A stretch of DNA of 64,000 bases, taken from IMG/VR virus record IMGVR_UViG_3300035208_004923, positions 192,001 to 256,000 of that record, one strand, 5' to 3'. Positions 51,448 to 61,506 of this stretch are shown piece after piece. The notes under the pieces were generated by a model, which saw only the letters and a list, made by a program, of their open reading frames with translations, had not been told where the DNA came from and did no database searches. This stretch comes from a virus. Taxonomy: Duplodnaviria > Caudoviricetes. The position numbers and the translations under genes were made by a program. Each line of letters begins with the position of its first letter. The first letter of the stretch is position 1.

Positions 51448-52011
51448 TTACAAATTTAAAAATTCTTTTACTGATTTTTGAATTTCATTCAATGGTCTAT
51501 ATGTTTCATTTTTAGTTACGTCAATGATTAATTTATTTTTGATATGCGATTTACCAACCGCTTCAATAAATAATGAAATTTCTTTTTGTCTATCTTCTAA
51601 TTTACTTGATAACGAATGTCCATCCTCATTCGCAATAAGAAATTCTGGACTGCCTATTAATAAAATAAGATACGTATCGTTTGATATATCATATTCATAT
51701 TCTTTTTCTAAATCGAAAATCCACGAAGGATCATATTTTCGATAAATATTTCCATATACGTATTCTCCGATGTGTGACCTGTTCCATACGAACATATCAT
51801 CAGCATTTTTGAACATTGTCCTATAAATTTTTATTCTTTCAAATTCTATAGAAAAATCCGTTTGTTGAAATTCAATCTTTTCTTCGATTGTATTTCCTAG
51901 AGGTGTCATGAAGTGATGTTGTTCATAATTATTTTTGCTTAAAGATTCGATGTATTCAATCAATGTATCTTTTCCTGTTCGGTCACAGCCTTCAACAATT
52001 ATATGTTTCAT
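51448..52011 (-). CDS. dNMP (thymidylate-type) kinase
   Basis: IIVEGCDRTGKDT P-loop; NRSHIGEYVYG. Confidence 0.85.
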   Translation of the reverse strand: MKHIIVEGCDRTGKDTLIEYIESLSKNNYEQHHFMTPLGNTIEEKIEFQQTDFSIEFERIKIYRTMFKNADDMFVWNRSHIGEYVYGNIYRKYDPSWIFDLEKEYEYDISNDTYLILLIGSPEFLIANEDGHSLSSKLEDRQKEISLFIEAVGKSHIKNKLIIDVTKNETYRPLNEIQKSVKEFLNL

Positions 52012-52041
52012 ATAGTTATCTTGCTAAATTGTAAATTTATT

Positions 52042-52069
52042 ATTATATACATTAAGTATTAAAAGTTTT
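52042..52069 (-). promoter_or_regulatory. Class-2 promoter AAAACT-N13-GTATATAAT
   Basis: Exact consensus; heads the kinase/gp42-like/MazG unit. Confidence 0.65.
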
Positions 52070-52694
52070 CAATTGGAATGAACGGTATAGTGGTAACCAT
52101 ACTGTTATGATTTAAGTTAAATAATGAACAATTGTTTTCGCTTAACACGTGCGTAAGATTTTTATAAAGATTATTAATTTCTTTTAATTTGTCGTACTGT
52201 ACTAATTCGTGATGACCATCGTCTGCGTAAAAATGATTTGGTGTATAATCAACACCTAATATGCCTATTCGTCTAAAACCCATTTTATACGCTAATTGAA
52301 TTCCCATGTATGGCGAATCTAAGCCTGTGTCAATAATGGATTTCTCATTAATGTTTTTTAAATTTCCATGCGCACCAAAATTCATGTTATAAACGTTATC
52401 ATGTTTAAAGTTCCAAGATTCATCTTTTGCTATAATGTAATCTGGATTTGCATTTTCTATATCATATATTCTATTAGGTATATTTTTTGCTTCGAATCTT
52501 TTCTTTGTATCAATTAAAAATAATACGTTTGGCGTTACGAATTTGCAAATATCGTTTACCCCAATAGTAAAAACATCATCATCACTTTTGAATTTCTTTA
52601 CTGATGTCCCATTTCCTAATACAATGCATTTAGATTGTTTAAATTTTTTTGTATATATATCATTTAAATCTTTATACGCCATAGAAATATTCAT
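52059..52694 (-). CDS. Maf/DUF115-like (CST/GT42-related fold) putative nonulosonyltransferase
   Basis: CIVLGNGTS, TIGVND, QLAYKMGFRRIGILGVDY...HFY. Confidence 0.6.
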   Translation of the reverse strand: MNISMAYKDLNDIYTKKFKQSKCIVLGNGTSVKKFKSDDDVFTIGVNDICKFVTPNVLFLIDTKKRFEAKNIPNRIYDIENANPDYIIAKDESWNFKHDNVYNMNFGAHGNLKNINEKSIIDTGLDSPYMGIQLAYKMGFRRIGILGVDYTPNHFYADDGHHELVQYDKLKEINNLYKNLTHVLSENNCSLFNLNHNSMVTTIPFIPIENF

Positions 52695-53031
52695 TTGAAT
52701 TTAATGCTTTATCGTCAATGAATAAATCGAATAACGGTTTATCCATTTCTAATTTATGATATAAGCAACCCCATTGTGTTAATTGTTTGCTTGTAAGTTC
52801 CCTTAAATTTTGTCCTGACCCAACGCCACGCGATGTCCAATAAATAATGGTATGTCCTGACATGTATAAGTTATTAATACGCATTATTCGATTGTGATTT
52901 GGAATGGAGTTTTTATAATCTGTTCCTGGCGTTTTACATATTGTGTTATCAATGTCAACTCTGATTATCATACTTCCATTTTTTTGTTTTTCGGTTTTTT
53001 TCCCGAATATATTTTTCAAGAATCCTAACAT
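52672..53031 (-). CDS. Small HAD phosphatase (capsule-biosynthesis type)
   Basis: VDIDNTIC, WTSRG, KP, FIDDKA. Confidence 0.75.
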   Translation of the reverse strand: MLGFLKNIFGKKTEKQKNGSMIIRVDIDNTICKTPGTDYKNSIPNHNRIMRINNLYMSGHTIIYWTSRGVGSGQNLRELTSKQLTQWGCLYHKLEMDKPLFDLFIDDKALNSNEYFYGV

Positions 53032-53915
53032 TATATTCCTCTTAGAGATTTTCTTTTATCTAGTTCCGATTCGTGAACAATTCTTTCGTTTATAATATCA
53101 GGACCCATTGCAATTTCAAGTTCTTTCAATCCTTTTATTAATTTTGATTGACCTATAGGTTCAACTGATGCCATTTGGTCAGATCCCCATAATGTTCTGT
53201 CTCGCGTAATGTGTCTTTCAATATATTCTGCTCCAATAACAGCAGCAGCAAAAGTAGCAGTTAAACCAAATTCATGACCACTATATCCTATTGAAGTTTT
53301 GTCGCCATATTTTGTAATTAGGTGCTTAATATAGTTTAAATTTATTCCTTCTAATGGAGATGGATATGCAGAATTTGTATGAAATAAAACATCTGGCATC
53401 CCCTCGGCAACAGCAATTTCGATTTCACGTTCTGTACTCATGCCAGTAGATAACATAAGTATATCAGCGGCAGATCTTGCATATTTAATTAATGCAGTGT
53501 CAGTAATCAATGCAGATGGTATTTTCATGATTAATGGTCGTTCTTCTATTCCAACCGTAACATCGTGTAATTCGATTGCAAAATTAACAGAATCAATATC
53601 CCATACAGATAGAAAAAAACCTATTCCTAAATCCATTGCTAATATGTATAACATTGTGTAATCTGCAATGTCTAATTCAATATCTTTCTTATATTGCAAA
53701 TATGTTATAGGTTCTTTTTCCCATGGAACGGATTTCATCACATGTTTTTGACTTTCAGGAATACATATGTCAGGATTTCTTTTTTGAAACTTTACATAAT
53801 CAAATCCTGACATTGCCGCAAGTCGAACAAGATTCATTGCGTTATCAATAAATTTTGTTTTATCTGTGCCATACGCATAATTGATACCTATTTCTGCTAT
53901 AGTTTTTGTTTTCAT
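53031..53915 (-). CDS. neuB: N-acetylneuraminate/nonulosonate synthase, lacking the C-terminal SAF domain
   Basis: IAEIGIN, VKFQKR, KIPSA, LSTGMS, GYSGHE, IERHIT, GSDQMASVEP. Confidence 0.9.
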   Translation of the reverse strand: MKTKTIAEIGINYAYGTDKTKFIDNAMNLVRLAAMSGFDYVKFQKRNPDICIPESQKHVMKSVPWEKEPITYLQYKKDIELDIADYTMLYILAMDLGIGFFLSVWDIDSVNFAIELHDVTVGIEERPLIMKIPSALITDTALIKYARSAADILMLSTGMSTEREIEIAVAEGMPDVLFHTNSAYPSPLEGINLNYIKHLITKYGDKTSIGYSGHEFGLTATFAAAVIGAEYIERHITRDRTLWGSDQMASVEPIGQSKLIKGLKELEIAMGPDIINERIVHESELDKRKSLRGI

Positions 53916-54556
53916 ATAATATTGTTACTAAAAGGTATTTCGATATGAACGCTGTAATCAATAACTGCATTCGATAAATCTGAGAATCCAGTAGATTGCG
54001 TTGCAATTATTGGATTTACACAAAAACATGGGACTGACTTTTGTAAAATTGAAAAGTAAACATCACCAACATCTTCTGGAACAATGATTGCATTTGTTTT
54101 TGTGAATTGTTCTATGATGATATCATAAACACAACTATTGTAGCATATTGCATGCGAACAATATGAATTTGTTATTCTTATTAAATTTTCTGATACTTTG
54201 CGTTGTTTTGCACCATTTATGTTTGCACCTAAATAAAACATATGCCAATCAATATTTGAAATCTGTTCATTGGCTTTTGTTAATGTAGATGTAACATTAT
54301 TTGCGTGTAGAAATTTTACATCATCTTCTAAAATTAATATGTTTTTTAATTTTTTTTCTTTTGCATATATTAGCAAATTAAGAATAGACTTTATTAATCC
54401 GATTCTACCATCTTCGTGCGTTATTGCACTTAATCTTTGTACTTTATTTCGTATACCAAGCGTATCGAATTCTTTTACAACAGATTCCCATCTGTCAGGT
54501 CTTCTATCCAAATTAATACACCAAATTTCTTCAAAAAAATCAAACGGATTATTCAT
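53912..54556 (-). CDS. Glycosyltransferase family 25
   Basis: CINLDRRPDRW, ILILEDD, FYLG. Confidence 0.8.
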   Translation of the reverse strand: MNNPFDFFEEIWCINLDRRPDRWESVVKEFDTLGIRNKVQRLSAITHEDGRIGLIKSILNLLIYAKEKKLKNILILEDDVKFLHANNVTSTLTKANEQISNIDWHMFYLGANINGAKQRKVSENLIRITNSYCSHAICYNSCVYDIIIEQFTKTNAIIVPEDVGDVYFSILQKSVPCFCVNPIIATQSTGFSDLSNAVIDYSVHIEIPFSNNII

Positions 54557-55280
54557 TGCATTCTATGTATTTTTCGTTCTGTAAATTTTCAAATGCAGCA
54601 TGTTCATTTTCATCAAATTCTGCGCCATGAATTCTAGTACCGCTATGAATTTCTACTGATTGCCCAATTAATTGAATAAAATTATTGCTATCAACCACGT
54701 CTATAAATCCGGGCGCAAATCCATGAATTATACAACGCAATGTATAATTTGAATGTTCATGTCCATACTTGTGCGGTAAAACTTTAAAGTATCCAATATT
54801 CTTTACAATATTTTTTGTTAACACTAGCATACATCCATTAGTATGATCTGATTGAATTACATTGAAATCATTCTTTTCAATATTTTTTGTATTTTTATGA
54901 TCTCCAGGCACTTGATAGCATAAATGTTCAATTCCTGTATTTTCTATTGCATCAACATACTGTTTAACAAAATCTGGACTAACAACTTTCATGTCATCAT
55001 CAATTAAGAAACAAATATCATATTCATTTTCTTCAAAATACTTTATAGCTGTATTTTTGCATTTTGCAATACCGCCATTATACGTTCTGTTAATGATATG
55101 AAACTTATCTTTATATGTTTCCAATAATTCGTTATGAAGTTTGTTTGTCGATGCATCATTTACAATTACCACTTTGGCATTTACATTAATAAATGAATCT
55201 AAACATTCTTTTATTATTTTTATACGATCATCTGATGCTTTATCTGATACATATGTTGATATTGCTATACATATTTTCAT
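54549..55280 (-). CDS. Glycosyltransferase family 2
   Basis: VIVNDAS, GIAKCKN, FLIDDD, GHEH. Confidence 0.75.
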   Translation of the reverse strand: MKICIAISTYVSDKASDDRIKIIKECLDSFINVNAKVVIVNDASTNKLHNELLETYKDKFHIINRTYNGGIAKCKNTAIKYFEENEYDICFLIDDDMKVVSPDFVKQYVDAIENTGIEHLCYQVPGDHKNTKNIEKNDFNVIQSDHTNGCMLVLTKNIVKNIGYFKVLPHKYGHEHSNYTLRCIIHGFAPGFIDVVDSNNFIQLIGQSVEIHSGTRIHGAEFDENEHAAFENLQNEKYIECNE

Positions 55281-57481
55281 ACGCCTTGTATTTTTAATTT
55301 ATTTTGGCAAACATATATTCCAAAGATTCTCTCCATCGAGTGTTCATGCGTTCCGCCATTTTTATCATTTGATTTTCCTTTATTGAATTTGCTGTAAGTT
55401 TCATCTATATTAATTTCTTCAAAGAATTTTTCCCATAAATCCCCTTTAACCCAAAACATTGTTCCGCCAATAAAGAAACTAGTTGTTTCCCAATTACTCC
55501 AGTTTAATTTAGTTGCATATTGCTTGATTATTTCTAGGTTCTGCTTTGTATACCATTCATTTATGTTAAATGTAATTCTCCATTTATTTGAACCTACCAT
55601 GCCTACATCAGGTGCATTCAAACAATTGATGCATGTCATAACATTATCTTCACTTCCGCATAATGGCTGTATTAATGCATTACGCCATACTTCACCATGC
55701 ACAATTCTAGCTTCATTAATGTCACCTGGGTCTATACTTTTCTTCGTGTGGATTTTCAAATAGTAATCATAATGCATATTATTTTTTGCAATTTCTTTCA
55801 TAGTAAGAAATGTTGGCCCAATATCCATTCCGATATTTCCAGCAGTTATGAATATGACTTTGTGCATCAAATCAGAATCTTTGAATATTTTCTTAAGTCG
55901 CATTGTTTCTAACATGCTAGTGTTATCAGGTATTGTTACGTATACATCACTAGGATATTTGATATTTTTAATACTATCTATAAATTCTTTTACTAAATCT
56001 ATATAATATAAATGCATCAGAACAGCAATCTTTGCTTTGGATTCTTTAACAACAGGTATCTCATACGCATTCGGGTCAAAGTAATGTTTGCAAAAAGGTG
56101 TAAAATGAAATGCATGATAATTGAATGCTTTTACATTGCTATCAGACAATATCCACATTTCAGCTTTGTAACGATCTCTACCGGTTACTGTATATGTTTC
56201 ATTTAATGAATTCAATTTTTTTATATAGGAACTATTTGCACACCAGAAGTTACCTGCATAATGATCTTTGTACCAGCTATTAGCTTCGCCCAGAATCATA
56301 CTTGTACCGACGGTATCGTATTTTTCAAGTAATGACATGTTACGTTCCCAATGGTCAAATACAAAGTGCTCCATATATTTTCGCCATGAACCTAATTTAT
56401 TTGCATCATAATTTTGTAATCTAGATGATGAGCCTTTTGTGTGAAAGTATATACATTTGAAATCTTCAGTTTGCGAATCATTTCGTAAAATCTCAAGTAT
56501 TGGCATTTCAGCATCACTTATATTTTCACTTTTATATACGCATTCAAATTTTTTTGGTAATTTAGGCAATAATTTGATATTTCCCACTACACTATATAAA
56601 ATCTTATTAGCCGCATCGTATATGCCTGTATCTTTTAACGTTTTTATTTGGTCGTTTATTATTTCGATACATGAATCATCAATTAAACCAATATGATAAT
56701 AAATTTTTATTTTCTTGGTGTTTTTTGGCAAAATCGAATTATCTATCATGCCATCAACAAATGTCAAGCCATTTTCCTTTTTGCATGTTCGTATGTACGG
56801 CATTTGCATTTCTTTCGATATTTGTATTGGATTTGCTGATATAAACGCATCAAGATCCTTTGCCGTGTCAACATCGATTGTATCATTTATTTTATGAAAT
56901 ATGGTATTCGGGTAATACAAATTTTGATTCAGTAAAGAAACAATCGCAGGTTCAAATATTGCAACAAAATGAGAAATCTCAAAAACTTTTGGATAATCTT
57001 GTCTTCTGTATAAATCGTGTTTAATTACCTGTTCTCCAAATAATGCATTTTTTTCAATCATCATAAGATATGGACTTTGCTTTACATCCTTTTTACATAG
57101 TAGCGAGTTGCCTCTATGCATTCTTAATTTTGCATACGCATTTTGAATATCTTCCCATGTACGTTCTGGGTACGTGAGATACAACATAATAATTGTTGAT
57201 TGAATTCTTTGTGTTGCTATAAATTCATTAACAAGCGTTTTTGTTGACGCATTATCTGTTGCTGAAGATTCAGTTCTTCTATGAACTTTAACACCTTTGC
57301 TTTCGCATATTTGCTGTATGTATTCATCATCTGTGCTAACCCATACTTTATTAATGTAAAACGATGGTATTGAATTTAGCGTATAATCCAACAGTCTCCT
57401 GTTTTTGAAAGGGAGCCCTTTGCTCCCTTTCCTTGCAGGAATTAAAATTATAAAGTTATCATCAACAAGAAACTTGCTCAT
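55277..57481 (-). CDS. Fusion: CMP-nonulosonate synthetase (NeuA) + GT-like domain + RgpF-like domain
   Basis: IPARKGSKGLPFKN, VSTDD; IYFHTKG...HYAGNFW; HLYYIDL, GMDIGP, KIHTKKS, GGTMFW, HSMER. Confidence 0.75.
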   Translation of the reverse strand: MSKFLVDDNFIILIPARKGSKGLPFKNRRLLDYTLNSIPSFYINKVWVSTDDEYIQQICESKGVKVHRRTESSATDNASTKTLVNEFIATQRIQSTIIMLYLTYPERTWEDIQNAYAKLRMHRGNSLLCKKDVKQSPYLMMIEKNALFGEQVIKHDLYRRQDYPKVFEISHFVAIFEPAIVSLLNQNLYYPNTIFHKINDTIDVDTAKDLDAFISANPIQISKEMQMPYIRTCKKENGLTFVDGMIDNSILPKNTKKIKIYYHIGLIDDSCIEIINDQIKTLKDTGIYDAANKILYSVVGNIKLLPKLPKKFECVYKSENISDAEMPILEILRNDSQTEDFKCIYFHTKGSSSRLQNYDANKLGSWRKYMEHFVFDHWERNMSLLEKYDTVGTSMILGEANSWYKDHYAGNFWCANSSYIKKLNSLNETYTVTGRDRYKAEMWILSDSNVKAFNYHAFHFTPFCKHYFDPNAYEIPVVKESKAKIAVLMHLYYIDLVKEFIDSIKNIKYPSDVYVTIPDNTSMLETMRLKKIFKDSDLMHKVIFITAGNIGMDIGPTFLTMKEIAKNNMHYDYYLKIHTKKSIDPGDINEARIVHGEVWRNALIQPLCGSEDNVMTCINCLNAPDVGMVGSNKWRITFNINEWYTKQNLEIIKQYATKLNWSNWETTSFFIGGTMFWVKGDLWEKFFEEINIDETYSKFNKGKSNDKNGGTHEHSMERIFGIYVCQNKLKIQGV

Positions 57482-58962
57482 TAGAATAATTTTTTTGCTT
57501 TATCGTTTACAGTTGCTCTGTTTTGATGTTTATTATTTTGTCTGAAATCTTTTTCATTTGAAAATGGTAATTCGCCATTTATGAATTTCATTACTTCCAT
57601 TGCAAAATGACTAGCAGTTACAACAGGAACGTTTTGTGAAATTTGTTGTGTTGCAGCATTTCCTTTTTCATTTTCCCACATGTTGAAATCATGAGGATGA
57701 CCCATTAGCCAAATCAATTCACGTAGAGTTAAAAATCTCATTTTAGTAGGGTGCATACCACGATACATGTTTCTTCCAACAACGGCGTTGAAATGTCCAT
57801 GGAAAAAGTGTGGTGAATTGTCCCACCATCCCATTTTTTTCGCTAATTTATTTTTAACGTGAACAAGATTTTTGATTTCCCATTCAGCAGCTTCAGCATC
57901 AGCGTAATCTTTTCTGATTACTTCAATTGCTTCATCAATTTTGCCTGTCCATGCAAGATGATTATGTAATGTAGTATGGTCATGTTCAGCAACCCATTCA
58001 GCGTGTGTTTTATTATTTTGTTTCAACACCCAATCATATGATGGGTAAACTGGTGTTGTCCATTCTTCACCATCGTGCTGATAAACACCTTCAGGAATTT
58101 GTGCTAAAAAGTCAGGTAAGAAAGCTTCATCTCTCGACATAAAATTCATAATAGGTGCAGTTTCGCTATTCCAGAAGAAATAGAATGTACGTTCACGTTT
58201 TTGTGGAACGCCATGCAATAATGAATTTGTTTTCATTAATGAAAATGAATATCCAAATTCTTTTGCAATTTCCGCTAATTTTGTTGCAACACCTACACCA
58301 GTTTTAGTAAATAAAGCAGGTGCATTTTCACCCCAAAGAACTTTAGGTTTTACATGTTCAAGAACAAATCTTGCGGATTTGTACATCCATTGATTTTGAA
58401 TTGCATCAGAGCCACGTGACATTTCTGAACGACCTTTCGATGCATTTAAACTTGATAAACCAGCGCATGGCGGTACCGCATTCATAAAATCGACATCTTT
58501 AAATGCTTCAGCTAATAATGAAAGACTTTTCTTTTCCTCAGCAGATTCAGTGTTTGCAAACATTGGAATATCATATTCATCGAGATTATGATATGGAACA
58601 TCTGGCCAGTAATCAACTAAACTTTTTTCGTTACCCATAAATCCTGAAAATGTAACCATAAAATCAGGTTTCTTTTGCGTTGCTAATGCGCAGCCCATTG
58701 ACATACCGCCGATAAGTGGTATAATAGTTCCCCATTTAAAAGGCTTGCCATCATTTTTTAATACTGGTCCGTTTTCAAATTCTTTTAATGTATACGGATA
58801 TTTATTTTCAGGTGCAACATATGTACCGCTGTTTGGGATTTTAGAACCTTGAATCATTACTTTAGGTAACGCAACAATTTCTTCAATTTCTGTTTGATTG
58901 CAGTCGCATTCAACTACAGGAATACGTTTTTTTGTTTTAACAATTTTTTGTTCTTTACTCAT
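57481..58962 (-). CDS. C5 cytosine DNA methyltransferase-like protein
   Basis: PPCAGLS (IV), GENAP (VI), PQKRERTF (VIII), RFLTLRE (IX), SQNVP (X); motif I atypical (IPLIGG). Confidence 0.75.
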   Translation of the reverse strand: MSKEQKIVKTKKRIPVVECDCNQTEIEEIVALPKVMIQGSKIPNSGTYVAPENKYPYTLKEFENGPVLKNDGKPFKWGTIIPLIGGMSMGCALATQKKPDFMVTFSGFMGNEKSLVDYWPDVPYHNLDEYDIPMFANTESAEEKKSLSLLAEAFKDVDFMNAVPPCAGLSSLNASKGRSEMSRGSDAIQNQWMYKSARFVLEHVKPKVLWGENAPALFTKTGVGVATKLAEIAKEFGYSFSLMKTNSLLHGVPQKRERTFYFFWNSETAPIMNFMSRDEAFLPDFLAQIPEGVYQHDGEEWTTPVYPSYDWVLKQNNKTHAEWVAEHDHTTLHNHLAWTGKIDEAIEVIRKDYADAEAAEWEIKNLVHVKNKLAKKMGWWDNSPHFFHGHFNAVVGRNMYRGMHPTKMRFLTLRELIWLMGHPHDFNMWENEKGNAATQQISQNVPVVTASHFAMEVMKFINGELPFSNEKDFRQNNKHQNRATVNDKAKKLF

Positions 58963-58970
58963 TTTTATTT

Positions 58971-59573
58971 TTATAAGTTGTTTATAAATGGATTTTCGTG
59001 TTTTACATGATGTATTTCAAAATTCTTTATACGTTTTTCGTACATGTGAATAAATTTACTAGCTGCAAGTAATCCTGCAATAGAATCTTCATATATATGA
59101 AGTTCATCAGTTGAACTATGAAATTGATGTTTTATTTTTTCAAACGCTGTAACGTAAACATCAGGTTCAGGCTTACGTTTAATACCGCTATACGTTCCGA
59201 CGATATCTTGCCATGGAACAGTATTAGAAAATTTCTTATTTAGCATTGTTGTTACAAGTTCTTCATTTGTATTTGTAACAATGTAATATTGATGATCTAT
59301 TCGATTATTTTTAAAATCGGGTAGTTTGAATATGATTTCATCAAAGTAAGTATTGATATAATGATGTTCTTTTACTTTTTTGATTTCTGCAATTTCATCG
59401 ATTGAAAAATTTAATCCTTGTAAGAATTTGTTTGAATCATCGTAAATAAAATCATTAAAATAGTTAAAATCGAATTGTATGTCAAAATCTTTTAGTGCTT
59501 CTTTATATGAAAGATATAATGCTTTTCTCGTCAGTGCTAGAGTATCGTCCCAATCGTAGAAATGCCACTTCAT
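58971..59573 (-). CDS. HAD hydrolase (beta-PGM-like)
   Basis: YDWDDTL, VTN, KPEPD, EDSIAG. Confidence 0.75.
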   Translation of the reverse strand: MKWHFYDWDDTLALTRKALYLSYKEALKDFDIQFDFNYFNDFIYDDSNKFLQGLNFSIDEIAEIKKVKEHHYINTYFDEIIFKLPDFKNNRIDHQYYIVTNTNEELVTTMLNKKFSNTVPWQDIVGTYSGIKRKPEPDVYVTAFEKIKHQFHSSTDELHIYEDSIAGLLAASKFIHMYEKRIKNFEIHHVKHENPFINNL

Positions 59574-59902
59574 TAAATCAAGTTATTAGAATGTTTTATT
59601 TCAACTATTTTTTCTTTATCATTCGATTTAAAAATTAATTTTGTATCATCCCAACGCATGTTAGGGTCAACAAAAACATCTGCGTGTTTTAACTTAATGA
59701 TTTTGTATGTTTCAGGATTTTTGATTAGTCCAAGACTTGGTTTAATCACTGGCAGCTGTTGTGCTTCGAATGCATCCATTAAAAAGGTGCCTAATTGCGC
59801 ATTTGTTATGATTTTGTTATATGAAGCTTGTTCATTTATAAAAACCATAATTTGTTTTAGACCATCCCACGGGCCTAAATTAGAAATATCAATTACTTCC
59901 AT
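59573..59902 (-). CDS. Hypothetical protein
   Basis: 109 aa, TAATG-coupled. Confidence 0.55.
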   Translation of the reverse strand: MEVIDISNLGPWDGLKQIMVFINEQASYNKIITNAQLGTFLMDAFEAQQLPVIKPSLGLIKNPETYKIIKLKHADVFVDPNMRWDDTKLIFKSNDKEKIVEIKHSNNLI

Positions 59903-59926
59903 TGTTTTAGATTTAGAAATTATATT

Positions 59927-60646
59927 TTATATATTGCTTGCTTTTGCTATGGCAGAACTTACATCTGTATCATCTGATTGATATGTCAAATCAATCCAAT
60001 GTTCAACAACTGGTGTAATTGTACGTTTCTCGATTGAATTGAAAAACTCTGTAATTTCATACTCTTTACGTTTTACGGAAGGTGATAAATCATTCAATTT
60101 TCTAAAGCCATCCGGTGTAAAATAAGCAAAACCGATAAAGAATTTGCCTTCTCTGTATAGATGAGGTTTTTCTATTAACTTGTTTCCGTCGATTGCACCA
60201 AATCTTTCATTTGTCGAATCTTTTTCCAATTCCTTATATGTTGCAACCGCATCGAATTCTTTCAGTAATGATTTGTCGAATTTACCTTTAACAAAGTTAT
60301 CACCAAAAAGAACAAGTACATCTTCTTGATTATCTGGTAGCCAAGGCAGTAGTCCTGCACCAGGACCATATTTATCGGTATCTTGGAATTTGAATGATAG
60401 ATTTATTTTCTCTGCTGAAAATTTTTCGACATACGAAACTAAATTTGATACAACATCATTACCAATTTCGCCATAATATGTAATATCACATTGATTTCGT
60501 GAAACTGTTACGCAAATATCTGTTATTCCATTTTCGATGCAAAAGTCGATATTATACTCTGGTAATGTCTTGTCATTAAATTTTGCAAGTAATTTATTTT
60601 TTCCGTATCTTGTTGAATTACCTGCACATAGTATGATTGCTTTCAT
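59927..60646 (-). CDS. Sugar-1-phosphate nucleotidyltransferase (RmlA-like)
   Basis: AIILCAGNSTRY...K, GDN, IEKP, EYEITE. Confidence 0.85.
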   Translation of the reverse strand: MKAIILCAGNSTRYGKNKLLAKFNDKTLPEYNIDFCIENGITDICVTVSRNQCDITYYGEIGNDVVSNLVSYVEKFSAEKINLSFKFQDTDKYGPGAGLLPWLPDNQEDVLVLFGDNFVKGKFDKSLLKEFDAVATYKELEKDSTNERFGAIDGNKLIEKPHLYREGKFFIGFAYFTPDGFRKLNDLSPSVKRKEYEITEFFNSIEKRTITPVVEHWIDLTYQSDDTDVSSAIAKASNI

Positions 60647-60906
60647 TATTTTTTATCTTTTATAAAGTTCACAATTCTATTCGGTATTGTTGCCCAATCA
60701 TTTCTATTCATTCCATAATTTATAGGCAATGAATTATCGTCATCTTCTATTAATAAATACCAATAATTGTCGAAGTCATCTGAATAAATGTTATACACTT
60801 GATGTATGCCAGGTATATAATCCGGCAAATTTGCAATACGTTTCAATTTTATCATATTGCCAGGTATATAACCTTCTACTTCAATAATATCATTTAATTC
60901 TATCAT
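60646..60906 (-). CDS. Hypothetical protein
   Basis: 86 aa, TAATG-coupled, class-2 promoter upstream. Confidence 0.5.
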   Translation of the reverse strand: MIELNDIIEVEGYIPGNMIKLKRIANLPDYIPGIHQVYNIYSDDFDNYWYLLIEDDDNSLPINYGMNRNDWATIPNRIVNFIKDKK

Positions 60907-60928
60907 ATATCTTTTATTTCCTATTGTT

Positions 60929-60956
60929 ATTATATACAGAACAATTTTTTAGTTTT
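60929..60956 (-). promoter_or_regulatory. Class-2 promoter AAAACT-N13-GTATATAAT
   Basis: Exact consensus; heads the glycan operon. Confidence 0.65.
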
Positions 60957-61413
60957 ACTTTCCAATTTTCACAGAATTAATATCAATGTCATTCATGTAA
61001 TTTTTTGATACTTTTCCTTTTTTCATTTCTTCAATTAAAAAAGAAATTGTATCTCTAATCATTATATGAACTGATTTTTGAGGTTCCCAACCTATTGCTT
61101 TTGCTTTGTCAATATTTGCAACAATCGTATGAGCTTCACCATTAATTTCTGGCATATATACGATAGGTATTCTTACATTAAGATACGTATAAATAATTTC
61201 AACAATTTCACGTAATGAATGCGATTCGCCTCTTCCTAAATTGAAAACTTGATTATCTGTTTTTCTATCTTCAATACATTGTATATGAAAATTATTCACA
61301 TCATCAACATGAATAAAATCTCTACGTCTTGTTTCATCGCCAAAAATGATAGGGCCATCACCATTCATTAATCGAATTGCAACGCCAGCAAATAAAGGTG
61401 GTATTGTTCTCAT
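60955..61413 (-). CDS. Stand-alone C-terminal half of the NAD-dependent epimerase (duplicated fragment)
   Basis: About 55% identical by manual alignment to the C-terminus of 62499..63521 (RRRDFIHVDDVN, PEINGEA, ANIDKAKA); lacks GxxGxxG and YxxxK. Confidence 0.75.
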   Translation of the reverse strand: MRTIPPLFAGVAIRLMNGDGPIIFGDETRRRDFIHVDDVNNFHIQCIEDRKTDNQVFNLGRGESHSLREIVEIIYTYLNVRIPIVYMPEINGEAHTIVANIDKAKAIGWEPQKSVHIMIRDTISFLIEEMKKGKVSKNYMNDIDINSVKIGK

Positions 61414-61422
61414 TTATTTATA

Positions 61423-61450
61423 TTTATATACATAGATTTCAGAAAGTTTT
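61423..61450 (-). promoter_or_regulatory. Class-2 promoter AAAACT-N13-GTATATAAA
   Basis: Directly upstream of the ATG of the epimerase fragment. Confidence 0.6.
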
Positions 61451-61506
61451 AATTTTTCTAAACATCATTTTAATATATAATTTATAAAATTAATAATTTT
61501 TACAAT

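Noticed and set aside
58910-58962. KKRIPV near the N-terminus of the methyltransferase as another tag
   Set aside because: Lacks the E(F/Y)xxE half and lies in a class-2 operon; probably chance
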